From contig SCUM01000001.1 of NCBI GenBank assembly GCA_004297215.1, positions 417,181 through 481,180 on the forward strand: DNA of 64,000 nucleotides. The letters run 5' to 3'. The translations under genes were made by a program, and so were the position numbers. The notes below the pieces were generated by a model. The model was not told the DNA's origin and did no database searches. It saw only the letters and a list, made by a program, of their open reading frames with translations. Below, piece by piece: positions 1 through 9,271 of this stretch. Position 1 is the first letter of the stretch; the number at the start of each line of letters is the position of its first letter. The stretch is from Patescibacteria group bacterium (lineage in GTDB: Bacteria > Patescibacteriota > Patescibacteriia > UBA9934 > GWF2-40-263).

Positions 1-679
1 GAAGATCCTCAACGTCGAGCGCGCGCGCCTCGACAAGATGCTCGGGAACAACGAGGTGAAGAGCCTCGTGATCGCGATGGGCACCAACATCGGCGAGGCG
101 TTCAACATCAATGACCTGCGCTACGACCGCATCGTCATCATGACGGACGCCGACGTGGACGGCGCGCACATCCGCACCCTGCTGCTCACCCTGTTCTACC
201 GCTACTTCCCGGAGCTCGTGAAGACCGGCCACGTGTACATCGCGCAATCCCCGCTCTACCGCGTGGCCGTGGGAAAGGACTTCCGCTACGCGTTCACGGA
301 AGAGGAAAAGATGAAGGCGGTGGAGGAGCTCACCGGCGCGGTGACGGCGAAGAAGGCGGAAAAGAGAGGGGTGAAAGTGGCCGAAGAGGCCGAAGTGGCG
401 ACAGAACCCGCCGGCGAATCCGAGGACACGCCCGAACAGGCCATGGTGGTGGGCGGCGTGAAGGTCAATATCCAGCGCTACAAGGGTCTCGGGGAAATGA
501 ACCCGGAGCAGTTGTGGGAGACCACCATGGATCCCGCCACCCGCGTGATGAAGCAGGTGAACATCGACGACGCCGAAAAGGCCGACGAGGTGTTCGACGT
601 GCTCATGGGCGCGGACGTGGCCCCGCGCAAGCGCTTCATCCAGACGCACGCCAAGGCGGTGAAGAACCTCGACATCTAG
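1..679 (+). CDS. gyrB: DNA gyrase subunit B, C-terminal part (5'-truncated by window edge)
   Basis: [52 protein letters not shown]-terminal NLDI. Confidence 0.97.
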   Translation, partial: KILNVERARLDKMLGNNEVKSLVIAMGTNIGEAFNINDLRYDRIVIMTDADVDGAHIRTLLLTLFYRYFPELVKTGHVYIAQSPLYRVAVGKDFRYAFTEEEKMKAVEELTGAVTAKKAEKRGVKVAEEAEVATEPAGESEDTPEQAMVVGGVKVNIQRYKGLGEMNPEQLWETTMDPATRVMKQVNIDDAEKADEVFDVLMGADVAPRKRFIQTHAKAVKNLDI

Positions 680-705
680 TTCGGCCGATGATACAAATCG
701 GATGT

Positions 706-951
706 ATGGAGAAGGATCGCATGTACGATTTTTCCGTGATGTTCCAGCCTGCCGAGGAGGGTGGATATGACGTGTTCGTGCCCGCGCTCCCCGGATGCGT
801 CACCCAAGGGGATTCGCTCGAAGAGGCGAAACGCATGGCCGAGGACGCGATCCGCCTGTACTGCGAAAGCCTGATCGCCTCCGGCGAACCGATTCCCCAG
901 CGCTCCGGCGAATTCGTCGGACACGTGCGCATCGCCGCCGAGCCCGCATGA
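706..951 (+). CDS. hicB: HicB family antitoxin (short form, no DNA-binding tail)
   Basis: EEGGYDVFVPALPGCVTQGDSLEEAKRMAEDAI signature; start at ATG 706 or 721. Confidence 0.9.
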   Translation: MEKDRMYDFSVMFQPAEEGGYDVFVPALPGCVTQGDSLEEAKRMAEDAIRLYCESLIASGEPIPQRSGEFVGHVRIAAEPA

Positions 952-1166
952 CGCCCAAGCTCCCGATCGTTTCCGACAAGCAGGCCATCAAGGCGTTGGA
1001 ACGGGCGGGATTTTTCGTTGATCGGCAAAGCGGGAGCCATGTCATCCTCAAGCGATTCAAGGACAACAGGCGCGTCGTCGTTCCCTTCCATGCCGGCGAC
1101 CTGCATGTCGGCATCGTGAAGGAAATCCTCCGTCAATCCGGACTCCCGCCGGAAGAGCTGTCCTGA
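948..1166 (+). CDS. hicA: HicA family mRNA interferase toxin
   Basis: ALERAGF..RQSGSHVIL..VVVPFH..GIVKEILRQSGL; ATGA overlap with hicB stop. Confidence 0.92.
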   Translation: MTPKLPIVSDKQAIKALERAGFFVDRQSGSHVILKRFKDNRRVVVPFHAGDLHVGIVKEILRQSGLPPEELS

Positions 1167-1227
1167 AAAAACCCGCCTCTTGCGAAGCGGATTCGAGACG
1201 GCGGGCCGAGAGGCTCGTCGTTTGCGT

Positions 1228-1602
1228 TCATGGCGTCTTTGCCGTGACGCGGCCCGTGAGGCGCCTGCCGCGCGCGTTCTTCAGCGTTAAGGCGTGAAGG
1301 ACGAACGTGCTTCCGCAGGTCGAACATTTCACGGCCGTCCCGTAGGTCGCATCGACCCTCATTAGGCCGAGCCCGCAGTCCGGGCACCACATCGCGCCGG
1401 AATCATCCAATTGCTGGACCATGACCTGGCCTTCCCAGACCGTAAGCTCGTCCCCGGGATTCAAGGAACGTTCCTGTCGCGCGTAAAAACGTTCCTTCCA
1501 CCACCGTTTGAACTTTCCCACCCGACCCTTCGACATGGGAAGCAAAAACTCAAATACCCCTTGGGGAATCGATGTGCTCGTCGAACGGCTCTCTTCCTGC
1601 AT
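1228..1602 (-). CDS. Hypothetical protein with C-terminal zinc ribbon
   Basis: CPDC-x17-CSTC; GAGG upstream of start. Confidence 0.5.
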   Translation of the reverse strand: MQEESRSTSTSIPQGVFEFLLPMSKGRVGKFKRWWKERFYARQERSLNPGDELTVWEGQVMVQQLDDSGAMWCPDCGLGLMRVDATYGTAVKCSTCGSTFVLHALTLKNARGRRLTGRVTAKTP

Positions 1603-1651
1603 GCCTCAACCTCCACTTTCATCCTAGCCAACTACGGCGTTTTCGCAAGTG

Positions 1652-1680
1652 TTGACACTTCCCCGCCTCTCCTTTATCAT
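1652..1680 (+). promoter_or_regulatory. Sigma70-type promoter of secE-nusG-rplK operon
   Basis: TTGACA (1652-1657), 17-bp spacer, TATCAT (1675-1680). Confidence 0.75.
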
Positions 1681-1723
1681 TGCCCCGTCGCCCCGCAAGG
1701 GGGTTTTTAGATAAAGGAAAAAT

Positions 1724-1948
1724 ATGGAGGCTACTGCCGCCAAAACGCGCAACCCGATCCTCTGGGGGATCCGGTACCTGCGCGAAGCCAAGGAAGAGCT
1801 GGGGAAGGTCGCCTGGCCCAGCAGGGCGGATACCATCCGGTACAGCGTCCTGGTCGTGATCGTCACGCTCGGGATGGCCGCGTTCTTCGTCGCCCTCGAC
1901 GCGGCGTTCGCCCTCGGCCTGGAACAGCTCATTACCCTTTCGAAGTAA
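1724..1948 (+). CDS. secE: Preprotein translocase subunit SecE
   Basis: ELGKVAWPSR motif plus one TM helix; directly upstream of nusG. Confidence 0.93.
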   Translation: MEATAAKTRNPILWGIRYLREAKEELGKVAWPSRADTIRYSVLVVIVTLGMAAFFVALDAAFALGLEQLITLSK

Positions 1949-1957
1949 GGAGGTCGT

Positions 1958-2503
1958 ATGCCTAAACAGACCGCCAAGCACGGCCGGCGCTGGTACGCCA
2001 TCCACACGTACTCCGGCTACGAGGAGAACGTGTCGGAGAACCTGAACCAGCGCATCGAGACCATGGACATGGAGGAGAAGATCTTCTCGGTCCTGGTCCC
2101 CAAGGAGAAGAAGATCAAGATCAAGAACGGCAAGCGCAAGACGGTGGAGGAGAAGATCTTCCCCGGCTACGTGCTGGTGGAGATGATCGTGACCGACGAC
2201 TCGTGGTACGTGGTGCGCAACACGCCCAACGTCACCGGGTTCATCGGCACCGGCACCACCCCCACCCCGATCGCCGACGAGGAGATCGCGGCGCTCCAGA
2301 AGCGGATGGGCGTGAACGAGCCGGAATTCACGGTGGACGTGGAGAAGGGTTCCCCGGTCACCATCACCGACGGCCCGTTCAAGAACTTCGAAGGGAAGGT
2401 GGCCGAGATCGACGCCGAGCGCGGCAAGATCAAGGTGCTGGTCAACATGTTCGGCCGCGAGACCCCCGTCGAACTGGATTTCCTCCAGGTCAAGAAGATC
2501 TAA
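1958..2503 (+). CDS. nusG: Transcription termination/antitermination factor NusG
   Basis: WYAIHTYSGYE, FPGYVLVEM, VRNTPNVTGF, KOW MFGRETPVELDF; SD AAGGAGG. Confidence 0.98.
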   Translation: MPKQTAKHGRRWYAIHTYSGYEENVSENLNQRIETMDMEEKIFSVLVPKEKKIKIKNGKRKTVEEKIFPGYVLVEMIVTDDSWYVVRNTPNVTGFIGTGTTPTPIADEEIAALQKRMGVNEPEFTVDVEKGSPVTITDGPFKNFEGKVAEIDAERGKIKVLVNMFGRETPVELDFLQVKKI

Positions 2504-2517
2504 TAACTCATAGCCTG

Positions 2518-2540
2518 GTCACCCTGAGCTTGTCGAAGGG
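2518..2540. repeat. Short palindromic repeat, CCTGAG..TCGAAGG family
   Basis: GTCACCCTGAGCTTGTCGAAGGG; the core CCCTGAGCTTGTCGAAGGG recurs exactly at 55756-55774. Confidence 0.7.
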
Positions 2541-2560
2541 AATCCAGTCAAAAAAATGCT

Positions 2561-2983
2561 ATGGCCAAGAAGATCACCACGCAGATCAAGCTTCAGATCC
2601 CGGGCGGCGGCGCCACCCCGGCCCCGCCGGTGGGCCCGGCGCTCGGCCAGCACGGCCTCAACATCGCGGCGTTCGTGAAGCAGTTCAACGACGCCTCCGC
2701 CGGCCGCCGCGGAGAAATCGTCCCGGTCGTCATCAGCGTGTACGAGGACCGCACCTTCGACTTCATCATGAAGATCGCCCCGGCCTCCCAACTGATCGCC
2801 AAGGCCGCGGGCATCGCGAAGGGCTCCGGCAAGCCCAACGTCGACAAGGTGGGCAAGATCACCAAGGCGCAGTTGCGCGAGGTGGCCGAGAAGAAGATGC
2901 CGGACCTCAACACCAAGGACATCGACGCCGCCATGAAGATCATGGCCGGCACCGCGCGCCAGATGGGCGTCGACGTGGTATAA
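2561..2983 (+). CDS. rplK: 50S ribosomal protein L11
   Basis: [25 protein letters not shown]. Confidence 0.98.
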   Translation: MAKKITTQIKLQIPGGGATPAPPVGPALGQHGLNIAAFVKQFNDASAGRRGEIVPVVISVYEDRTFDFIMKIAPASQLIAKAAGIAKGSGKPNVDKVGKITKAQLREVAEKKMPDLNTKDIDAAMKIMAGTARQMGVDVV

Positions 2984-3012
2984 CCCGTTCATAACCCATT
3001 AAGCCCAGCCCT

Positions 3013-3360
3013 ATGACAAAAGGAGGCTCTGTCATCCTGCGCATCTACTTCTCGCTCGTGTCCTTCGTCACCCTGATGATCCTCGTGTTCTCGGTGTCGG
3101 ACCTCGTGAACCTCACCCTCAAGACCTACCTGTTCCCGGCCGCGGACCAGCCGTCGTACACGGTGTACTGCGACCCGTCGCAGACCGCCGAGATGTGCGA
3201 CCGCCAGCAGCGGGACGCCAAGGAGCAGGCGCTCGTGCAAAAGCAGCAGGACGCGGTGCGCGACCTGTCCCTGCTCATCGTCTCGGCCCCGATGTTCTGG
3301 ATGCACTTCCGCATCGTGTACCGCGACTGGATGGAGGAGAAGAACAAGAAGGAGGCGTAA
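3013..3360 (+). CDS. Small two-TM membrane protein (DUF5671-like), between rplK and rplA
   Basis: IYFSLVSFVTLMIL...LIVSAPMFWMH; host-like codon usage. Confidence 0.7.
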   Translation: MTKGGSVILRIYFSLVSFVTLMILVFSVSDLVNLTLKTYLFPAADQPSYTVYCDPSQTAEMCDRQQRDAKEQALVQKQQDAVRDLSLLIVSAPMFWMHFRIVYRDWMEEKNKKEA

Positions 3361-3372
3361 GAAATTAATTCC

Positions 3373-3415
3373 GTGGGAGACCTGCCCTTCGTGAAGGGCG
3401 GATCGCCATCACCAC
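3373..3415 (+). ncRNA. Ribosomal protein L1 autoregulatory leader (L1-binding site)
   Basis: GTGGGAG...ACCAC with internal hairpin GCCCTTC-GT-GAAGGGC, 7 nt upstream of rplA ATG; resembles the known L1 mRNA target. Confidence 0.7.
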
Positions 3416-3422
3416 AAACGAT

Positions 3423-4109
3423 ATGTCCGGCAAGAAGACCCAGGAAGCCAAGAAGCTCATCGACGCGAAGAAGAGCTACCCGGTGGATGAGGCGCTCGCG
3501 CTCGTCGGGAAGATGCCCAAGCGCGGGTTCGACGAATCCGTGGAACTGCACGTGCGCCTCGGCATCGACCCCACCAAGGGCGACCAGCAGGTGCGCGGCA
3601 CCATCGCCTTCCCGCACGGGGTGGGCGGCAAGGGCAAGCGCGTGGCCGCGTTCGTGGAGGCCGCGAAGGAAGCCGAGGCCAAGGAGGCCGGCGCCGACCT
3701 GGTGGGCGGCGAGGAGCTCGTGAACGACATCGCCACCAAGCAGGTCATTGACTTCGACGTGGCCATCTCGACCCCGGCGATGATGCCCAAGCTCGCGAAG
3801 CTCGCCAAGTTCCTCGGTCCCAAGGGCCTCATGCCCAACCCGAAGACGGATACGGTGGGCCCCAACGTCGGGAAGATGGTGGCCGAGCAGAAGGCCGGCA
3901 AACAGACGTTCAAGAACGATGCCGCCGGCAACGTGCACCAGATCTTCGGCCGCGCGTCCTTCGACCAGGCCAAGCTCAAGGAAAACCTCACGGCGCTCCT
4001 CGACCTCTTGAAGAAGATGAAACCGGCCACCTCCAAGGGGATCTACATCAAGTCCGCGACGATCGCCACCACGATGGGCCCGGCGATCCACCTCGATCCC
4101 AACGCCTGA
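3423..4109 (+). CDS. rplA: 50S ribosomal protein L1
   Basis: FDESVELHVRLGID, LGPKGLMPNPK, TTMGP. Confidence 0.98.
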   Translation: MSGKKTQEAKKLIDAKKSYPVDEALALVGKMPKRGFDESVELHVRLGIDPTKGDQQVRGTIAFPHGVGGKGKRVAAFVEAAKEAEAKEAGADLVGGEELVNDIATKQVIDFDVAISTPAMMPKLAKLAKFLGPKGLMPNPKTDTVGPNVGKMVAEQKAGKQTFKNDAAGNVHQIFGRASFDQAKLKENLTALLDLLKKMKPATSKGIYIKSATIATTMGPAIHLDPNA

Positions 4110-4138
4110 TTCCCCCCCCTGTTGATAACCGGCCGAAG

Positions 4139-4161
4139 GCCCCGCCATGGCGGGGTTTTTT
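4139..4161 (+). terminator. Intrinsic terminator after rplA
   Basis: GCCCCGCC-AT-GGCGGGG hairpin followed by T6. Confidence 0.7.
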
Positions 4162-4283
4162 CGTTGTGTTAGGATGCGGCTTGGAGGACCCCCTCCTTTT
4201 TGTTTGTCTATGCGTGAGTGAGCGAGCGGAATGACCGAACATCGGGCATTCCCGAGCGAACGAACGCAATATGACGAAGTCAT

Positions 4284-5387
4284 ATGGCATCCCGATCGGC
4301 CGCCCTGGCTGCCCAACATATCCGTTCCCTGCTGCGCCACGGCGCCGTGCGCGAGGCCGACGAGAGCTCGCTCCAGCCCTCGAGCCTCGACCTTTCGGTG
4401 TCCGGCGAGCTGTACCGCATGCGCGGGAGCTTCCTGCCGCAGCCGGGCGAGAAGATCCGCGACATCCTGAAGCGCGGCATCCTGTTCCCCGCCCCGCTCA
4501 ACCAGCCGCTGGAATTGAACGGCATCTATTGGATCCGATTGAACGAACTGCTCGATCTCCCGCCGGGCGTGTTCGCGACGACGAACAACAAGTCCTCCTC
4601 GGGACGCATCAACCTGCAGACCCGGCTGGTGGCCAACGGCGTCTCCGCGTTCGACTACGTGCCGCGCGGCTACCGCGGAGAGCTCTGGCTGGAAGTCGTC
4701 CCGAAGTCGTTCCCCGTGAAGCTCTCCTACGGGGAACGTCTCAACCAGATGCGCTTCTACACCGGCAACGCGCGGCTCCCCGACGACGAGCTGCGCCGGG
4801 AATACGCCCGCTACGGGTTCCTGCGCGACGCGAAGGGCGAACACGTCCCCTTGCGCAAGCTCGCGCACCAGCCCGGGATCACCATGACCATCGACCTCGC
4901 GAGCCACGACGTCGTCGGATACCGCTGCGGCCCCACCATGGGGCGCCTGCTCGATTTCACCCGACGCGACCACGACCCGTCGGATTTCTTCGAGCCGATC
5001 CCGCGCCCCGCCGACGGCCAGTTCGTGATGCGCCGCGGGGAGTTCTACGTGTTCGCCACCAAGGAAGGGATCCGCGTCCCGCTCGAGTTCGCCGCGGAGA
5101 TGGTCCCCTACGACGTCACCATGGGGGAGTTCCGCAGCCACTACGCCGGGTTCTTCGATCCCGGCTTCGGCTACGGCGCGCACGGCGAGACGCTTGGCAC
5201 CCCGGCCGTGCTCGAGGTGTTCACGCACGACCGCGACTTCGTGCTGCGCGACGGCCAGCCCGTGTGCCAGATGACCTTCGAACGCCTCTCCGGCGCGTCG
5301 GAAATCTCCTACGGCGACCCCAGCCTCGTGTCCAACTACTACAAGCAGACCGGCCCCAGGCTCTCGAAGCATTTCAAGATGAAATGA
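4284..5387 (+). CDS. dcd: dCTP deaminase, long two-domain type
   Basis: QPSSLDL, NNKSSSGR, RLNQMRF, GEFRSHYAGFFDPGFG, GPRLSKHF. Confidence 0.88.
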   Translation: MASRSAALAAQHIRSLLRHGAVREADESSLQPSSLDLSVSGELYRMRGSFLPQPGEKIRDILKRGILFPAPLNQPLELNGIYWIRLNELLDLPPGVFATTNNKSSSGRINLQTRLVANGVSAFDYVPRGYRGELWLEVVPKSFPVKLSYGERLNQMRFYTGNARLPDDELRREYARYGFLRDAKGEHVPLRKLAHQPGITMTIDLASHDVVGYRCGPTMGRLLDFTRRDHDPSDFFEPIPRPADGQFVMRRGEFYVFATKEGIRVPLEFAAEMVPYDVTMGEFRSHYAGFFDPGFGYGAHGETLGTPAVLEVFTHDRDFVLRDGQPVCQMTFERLSGASEISYGDPSLVSNYYKQTGPRLSKHFKMK

Positions 5388-5448
5388 AAAATGACGCTTC
5401 CCGCAGAGGGGAGCGTCATCCTGAGGAGCATCAGTGACGAAGGAACCC
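5387..5448. repeat. Composite hairpin plus palindromic repeat; terminator-like for the minus-strand gene
   Basis: ATGACGCTTCCC-GCAG-AGGGGAGCGTCATCCTGAG..CGAAGG; close inverted copy at 55556-55611. Confidence 0.7.
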
Positions 5449-5473
5449 GTATGGTCCCGTCGTGCGTGCGTGT

Positions 5474-6682
5474 TCAGTCGTCCGCGGTGAGCTTGTCGAA
5501 GTTCGCAAGCAGGTACTCGAGGTTCCCGATGCGCTCGCGCAACGCCTTCGCTTCCGCTTCCTTGTCCGCGAGCTCGTCCTTGGCCGCGACGAGCTTGCGC
5601 TCGACCGCGTCCCGCGTGAGGGCCGAGGACGGCTTCGCCGGTTCGGGCGTGTCTGCCGCCGGTTTCACGGGTGGTTCGGCCGTCGCCGGAACTGCGGCCG
5701 TCGCGATGCGCTTGAGGTCCTCGAGCCAGCGCTCGGGCGGCACGGACATGCCCTTGCGCAAGGGCGCCGCGCGCCTGGGCGAACGTCGCTCGCCGTCGGG
5801 ACAGGCGACGAACAGGATCGCCCGCGCCTTCGCCTCCACGATCCTGGTCTCGGCCGCCTTGGTGTTCCCGGTCACGGACAGGATCCCGAGCTCCCTCTTG
5901 AGGATCGGGGCGAGCATCCCGAGGCGGGTGCCGACCCCCTTTTTGAGCCGCCCCTGCGCGACCTCGACGAGGACGCCGGCCTCCTCGGGCGTGACGTACG
6001 CCCGGTGCGTGACCGTGACGCCGACGTTCCCGCCTTGCACGACGGTGAGCGGCGCTCGCGCAGGCGCCGGAGGGGACACGTCAATCACCGGCTCCGAGAC
6101 CTTTCCCTGGACGCCGAGGTCGATCCCGAAGTCCTCCAGGAGGTACGCGCGCAGCAGCTCCCCGTTCACGGTGCCGTCTGATCGCATCGCCCGCCCGTTC
6201 CCGCAGTGGCCGGTCGACAGCGGCCGCTCGCTGAACAGGTGGTGGATCCACACCCGGGCATCGTCATGATCGCACGCGCCGTGAAGGGACCCGGCCAGGT
6301 CGATGCTCCCTCCCGCCTCCGTGAGGCGCCGCAACAGCGCCTTGTTCGCCCGCAAGGCCGCCGCGAGCGGCCGCGGATCGCGGAAGTCGCGCAGCAGCAG
6401 GTCCGTCGGCGGATGCGTGTGCTTCTTGGCGAGCTTGAGCGCCGTCCCGAGATTCAGCAGGCCCACCTCCTTCGCGTGATCGGGCACGCAGACCTGGTTG
6501 GACTGGAGCCACCGCTTGAGCGGCCGCACCAGCGAGTGCGCCTTGAACTTCTCGAGCAAGGCGTCGAGGTCCTGCTGGGTAAGGCAATAGTGAAGGATCT
6601 TGATGAGCATGCCGCCGTACCACTCGTTATACGGCAGGCCTCCGTTGCTGGAATGCCGATCATGACGATGAGACGTGGCCAT
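5474..6682 (-). CDS. Hypothetical protein with C-terminal coiled coil
   Basis: Long ORF with host-like codon usage; start MATSH follows a purine-rich tract; minus-strand TTGACT-17-TACGAT promoter at 6747-6719. Confidence 0.7.
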   Translation of the reverse strand: MATSHRHDRHSSNGGLPYNEWYGGMLIKILHYCLTQQDLDALLEKFKAHSLVRPLKRWLQSNQVCVPDHAKEVGLLNLGTALKLAKKHTHPPTDLLLRDFRDPRPLAAALRANKALLRRLTEAGGSIDLAGSLHGACDHDDARVWIHHLFSERPLSTGHCGNGRAMRSDGTVNGELLRAYLLEDFGIDLGVQGKVSEPVIDVSPPAPARAPLTVVQGGNVGVTVTHRAYVTPEEAGVLVEVAQGRLKKGVGTRLGMLAPILKRELGILSVTGNTKAAETRIVEAKARAILFVACPDGERRSPRRAAPLRKGMSVPPERWLEDLKRIATAAVPATAEPPVKPAADTPEPAKPSSALTRDAVERKLVAAKDELADKEAEAKALRERIGNLEYLLANFDKLTADD

Positions 6683-6753
6683 TCGCGTTCCCCTTTCCCT
6701 GCACGATGCAGGCCCACGATCGTATCGGATTCCGGCCGTCAAGTCAAGGGATG

Positions 6754-6786
6754 AAAAAGACCCCGCCTTTCGCGAAAGGCGGGGTC
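6754..6786 (-). terminator. Intrinsic terminator of thyX-hydrolase operon
   Basis: Perfect hairpin GACCCCGCCTTTC-GC-GAAAGGCGGGGTC with T5 on minus strand. Confidence 0.85.
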
Positions 6787-6793
6787 GCATCGT

Positions 6794-7249
6794 TCAGGCG
6801 TTGTGTTCCATGAGCCAGGTGCAGAGCTGCCATTTGAGGTCCTGGAGGGACTTGTACTCGATGACCTTCTCCACCGCCGGGTTCCCCCGGAGGTAACGCG
6901 AGACGTCCGCGCCAAGCTCATAACACAGGAGCACGCGCTTCCTAGCCTCCCGCGCCCTTTCCGCTTCCCCTCCCGCCCCGTGGGACGGATAGGTCGCTTC
7001 GACGATGAGCAAGTCCCGCGTCACGACCTCGCGCGTGTCCTCCCGGTACACCTCCTCCGGGGCCGCGTCTTGGTGCCGATCCGGCCGGGCGCGGTCGTGG
7101 GAAATGAAGGCGTCGATCCCGCATTCGCTGCAGATCTTCCCGATCCACTCGTAGGTGCGTTTCATCCGGGCCGCGTCGTGGGCCGGAAGCCCCCGGAGCG
7201 CTCCGGCGACATAGGCGGTCTTGATCTTCTTCGTGATCGTGTCTCCCAT
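6794..7249 (-). CDS. Nucleoside 2-deoxyribosyltransferase / Rcl(DNPH1)-like nucleotide N-hydrolase
   Basis: AYVAG, VYREDTREV, DLLIVEATYPSHGAGGE, SRYLRG. Confidence 0.8.
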   Translation of the reverse strand: MGDTITKKIKTAYVAGALRGLPAHDAARMKRTYEWIGKICSECGIDAFISHDRARPDRHQDAAPEEVYREDTREVVTRDLLIVEATYPSHGAGGEAERAREARKRVLLCYELGADVSRYLRGNPAVEKVIEYKSLQDLKWQLCTWLMEHNA

Positions 7250-7265
7250 CGGCTCTCCCTCCTCG

Positions 7266-9110
7266 TCATTCGTCCGTGATCCCCTTTTCCAGCCGCTTGG
7301 CGGATTGCCTGGCCTCCGACGCGGCGCGGGCCCACGGGTAGTCGTTGTGGTCCACGTGGCCGAGCAGGCCGATCTCGTCGATCCACGGGGCGCGCCTGCC
7401 GATTTCCTTGTGCATCTTTTGGCACACGCGGCGATAATCGTAGTGGCCTTGCGGGATGGTGCGGATCTCCAGCAGGTGCTGGCTCTCGCGCAGGTTGTAT
7501 CCCATCATGAACCGGATGTGATGGCCGAAGGTGACGCAATATTGCGCCGCCTCGGGCCCGACCGCCTCGTCGAGCTTGTCGTAGAGCGCCCCGACCTCGG
7601 CGATGAGCGCGCGCACGTCGTCGGCTAGGCCGATGTCCTCCACGTCCTTGGGGACGGTGAAGCCCAGGTGCGGGTTCAAGAGCTGGCGCTGCTGGGTGAG
7701 GATGCGATGGCGATGCAGGTCGCGGAAGATGCCGTAGTTTCCCGTGACCTCGAAGGTGGCCGGATACCCGTGCTCGAACGCGCGGCCGGCGCGGTCGCGG
7801 CGGGTCTTCCTGTCCCCCACGATCTCCTTGAGGAGCGCGACCAATTTCTCCCTGCGCACGGTCATGAATCGACGGACGATCTGGTGAAACGGCACTCGCA
7901 CGTGCGGGTAGTAGCTCGCGGCGAGCAGATGCGCGATCGGATCCGACGCGTCGGAGACCATCTCCGGGGTCTCCACCCATTCGACCTCCTTCCAGGACCG
8001 CTCGAATTTCCGGAACTCCGGGAATTCCCGCTCGATCTGCTCGCGCGCCACGCGCTCGGGGTCGATCATGTGCCGCTCCCCCTCGGGAGAGGCCCGCTTC
8101 ACGTACTTGGGGATGAACCGGTTGAGCGTGTCGTGCAAGCGCGTGGCGAGGTCGCCGTATTCCGGGTTGCCCGAGGAATACAGGCGCTTGAGCAGGTGCT
8201 CGAAGCTGCGGCCGTTCCCCACCATCGCGAGGTTGGTGAGGGTGGCGGCCGGCAGCACGATGCGCGCCGTGTCGCAGGCGCGGGTCTTGAGGTCGAACTT
8301 GTAGACGCGATGGAACTCCTTGATCTCCTTCTCGTCCGTCAGCTCGTCGAGCCGGTACTTCTTCTCGTCGCCCGGCCGGATGGCGTAGGTCGCCTCGGCA
8401 ATGGGCTTGAGCGTCTTGTAGTGCTCGGTGAGCGCTTCGGCGAGCTTCGCGTACATCGTGAACAGCTTGTCCATGACGCGCACGTACTCGTCGGCGTGCG
8501 GGCTTTCCATGATCCGCTTCTCGCGCAGGTACAGCCAGTACCCCGTGACCGGGTCGCGCTCGGTGTAGAGCACGTAGCGGCTGGACTGCTCGATGAACCC
8601 GGCAAGCCGCCGGTCCTCGATCGCCTTGGTCGCGAGGTTGCTCACCGAATTGAACAGCACCGTGGCGCACTCGAGCTCCTGCACCGAGTCGTCGCCGTAC
8701 TGGATGAGCACGCGCTCGATGATCCCCTCGAGCTTCTTCGCCTTCACCTCGCCCATGGCGGTCCCGAGCTCGGCGGCCTCCTCGGGCGTGGTCACCAGGA
8801 ACTCGTTCACGAGCACGTCCACCACGCTCCCGGCGATGCGGCTCTGGCGGGCCAGCATGGCTCCCGTCAGCCCCGCGAGCTTCTTCGCGTCGAGCGCCGT
8901 GACGGTCGAGTCCGGCGACAGCAGGTAGGGCTTCGCCAGCTCGAACGCCTCGGCCGTGATGAACGAGCGGTACGGGGCGGACACGCCGTCCCCGAACGCA
9001 ACGACCTCTTCGCGCACCTGCGCCCCGTCGACCCCGCGGCTCACGCGCGTAAAGACGGCGCGCCGATCCGACGCGCCTTTCTTCTCAAAACGGACTTCTT
9101 CGGTATCCAT
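7266..9110 (-). CDS. thyX: FAD-dependent thymidylate synthase, tandem two-domain form
   Basis: YGDDSV, IEQSSRY, RIVLPAATLTN in N-domain; RDLHRHR and RTIPQGHYDYR in C-domain; SD GGAGG. Confidence 0.9.
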   Translation of the reverse strand: MDTEEVRFEKKGASDRRAVFTRVSRGVDGAQVREEVVAFGDGVSAPYRSFITAEAFELAKPYLLSPDSTVTALDAKKLAGLTGAMLARQSRIAGSVVDVLVNEFLVTTPEEAAELGTAMGEVKAKKLEGIIERVLIQYGDDSVQELECATVLFNSVSNLATKAIEDRRLAGFIEQSSRYVLYTERDPVTGYWLYLREKRIMESPHADEYVRVMDKLFTMYAKLAEALTEHYKTLKPIAEATYAIRPGDEKKYRLDELTDEKEIKEFHRVYKFDLKTRACDTARIVLPAATLTNLAMVGNGRSFEHLLKRLYSSGNPEYGDLATRLHDTLNRFIPKYVKRASPEGERHMIDPERVAREQIEREFPEFRKFERSWKEVEWVETPEMVSDASDPIAHLLAASYYPHVRVPFHQIVRRFMTVRREKLVALLKEIVGDRKTRRDRAGRAFEHGYPATFEVTGNYGIFRDLHRHRILTQQRQLLNPHLGFTVPKDVEDIGLADDVRALIAEVGALYDKLDEAVGPEAAQYCVTFGHHIRFMMGYNLRESQHLLEIRTIPQGHYDYRRVCQKMHKEIGRRAPWIDEIGLLGHVDHNDYPWARAASEARQSAKRLEKGITDE

Positions 9111-9194
9111 AGTGATTCCTCCTTCGTTGCAGGGGCATCGTAGTCGCCCCCCTCCCCCGCCACAATAGCCGCTTATGCACACCCTGTGGGCGGG

Positions 9195-9214
9195 CCTGCC
9201 CGCCGGCAGGCAGG
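9195..9214. repeat. 20-bp palindromic repeat CCTGCCCGCCGGCAGGCAGG
   Basis: Imperfect palindrome in divergent intergenic region; resembles a recurrent dispersed repeat (recalled, single copy here). Confidence 0.5.
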
Positions 9215-9243
9215 TTGACGTGCGGAGCGTTTCGGCCTATCCT
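9215..9243 (+). promoter_or_regulatory. Sigma70-type promoter
   Basis: TTGACG, 17-bp spacer, TATCCT. Confidence 0.6.
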
Positions 9244-9271
9244 CGCTTGACCCCGCACAGAAGGAGCACGC

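Noticed and set aside
320-460. Acidic low-complexity insert in GyrB as an intein or repeat element
   Set aside because: No intein terminal motifs or repeat unit; this region is length-variable among GyrB proteins
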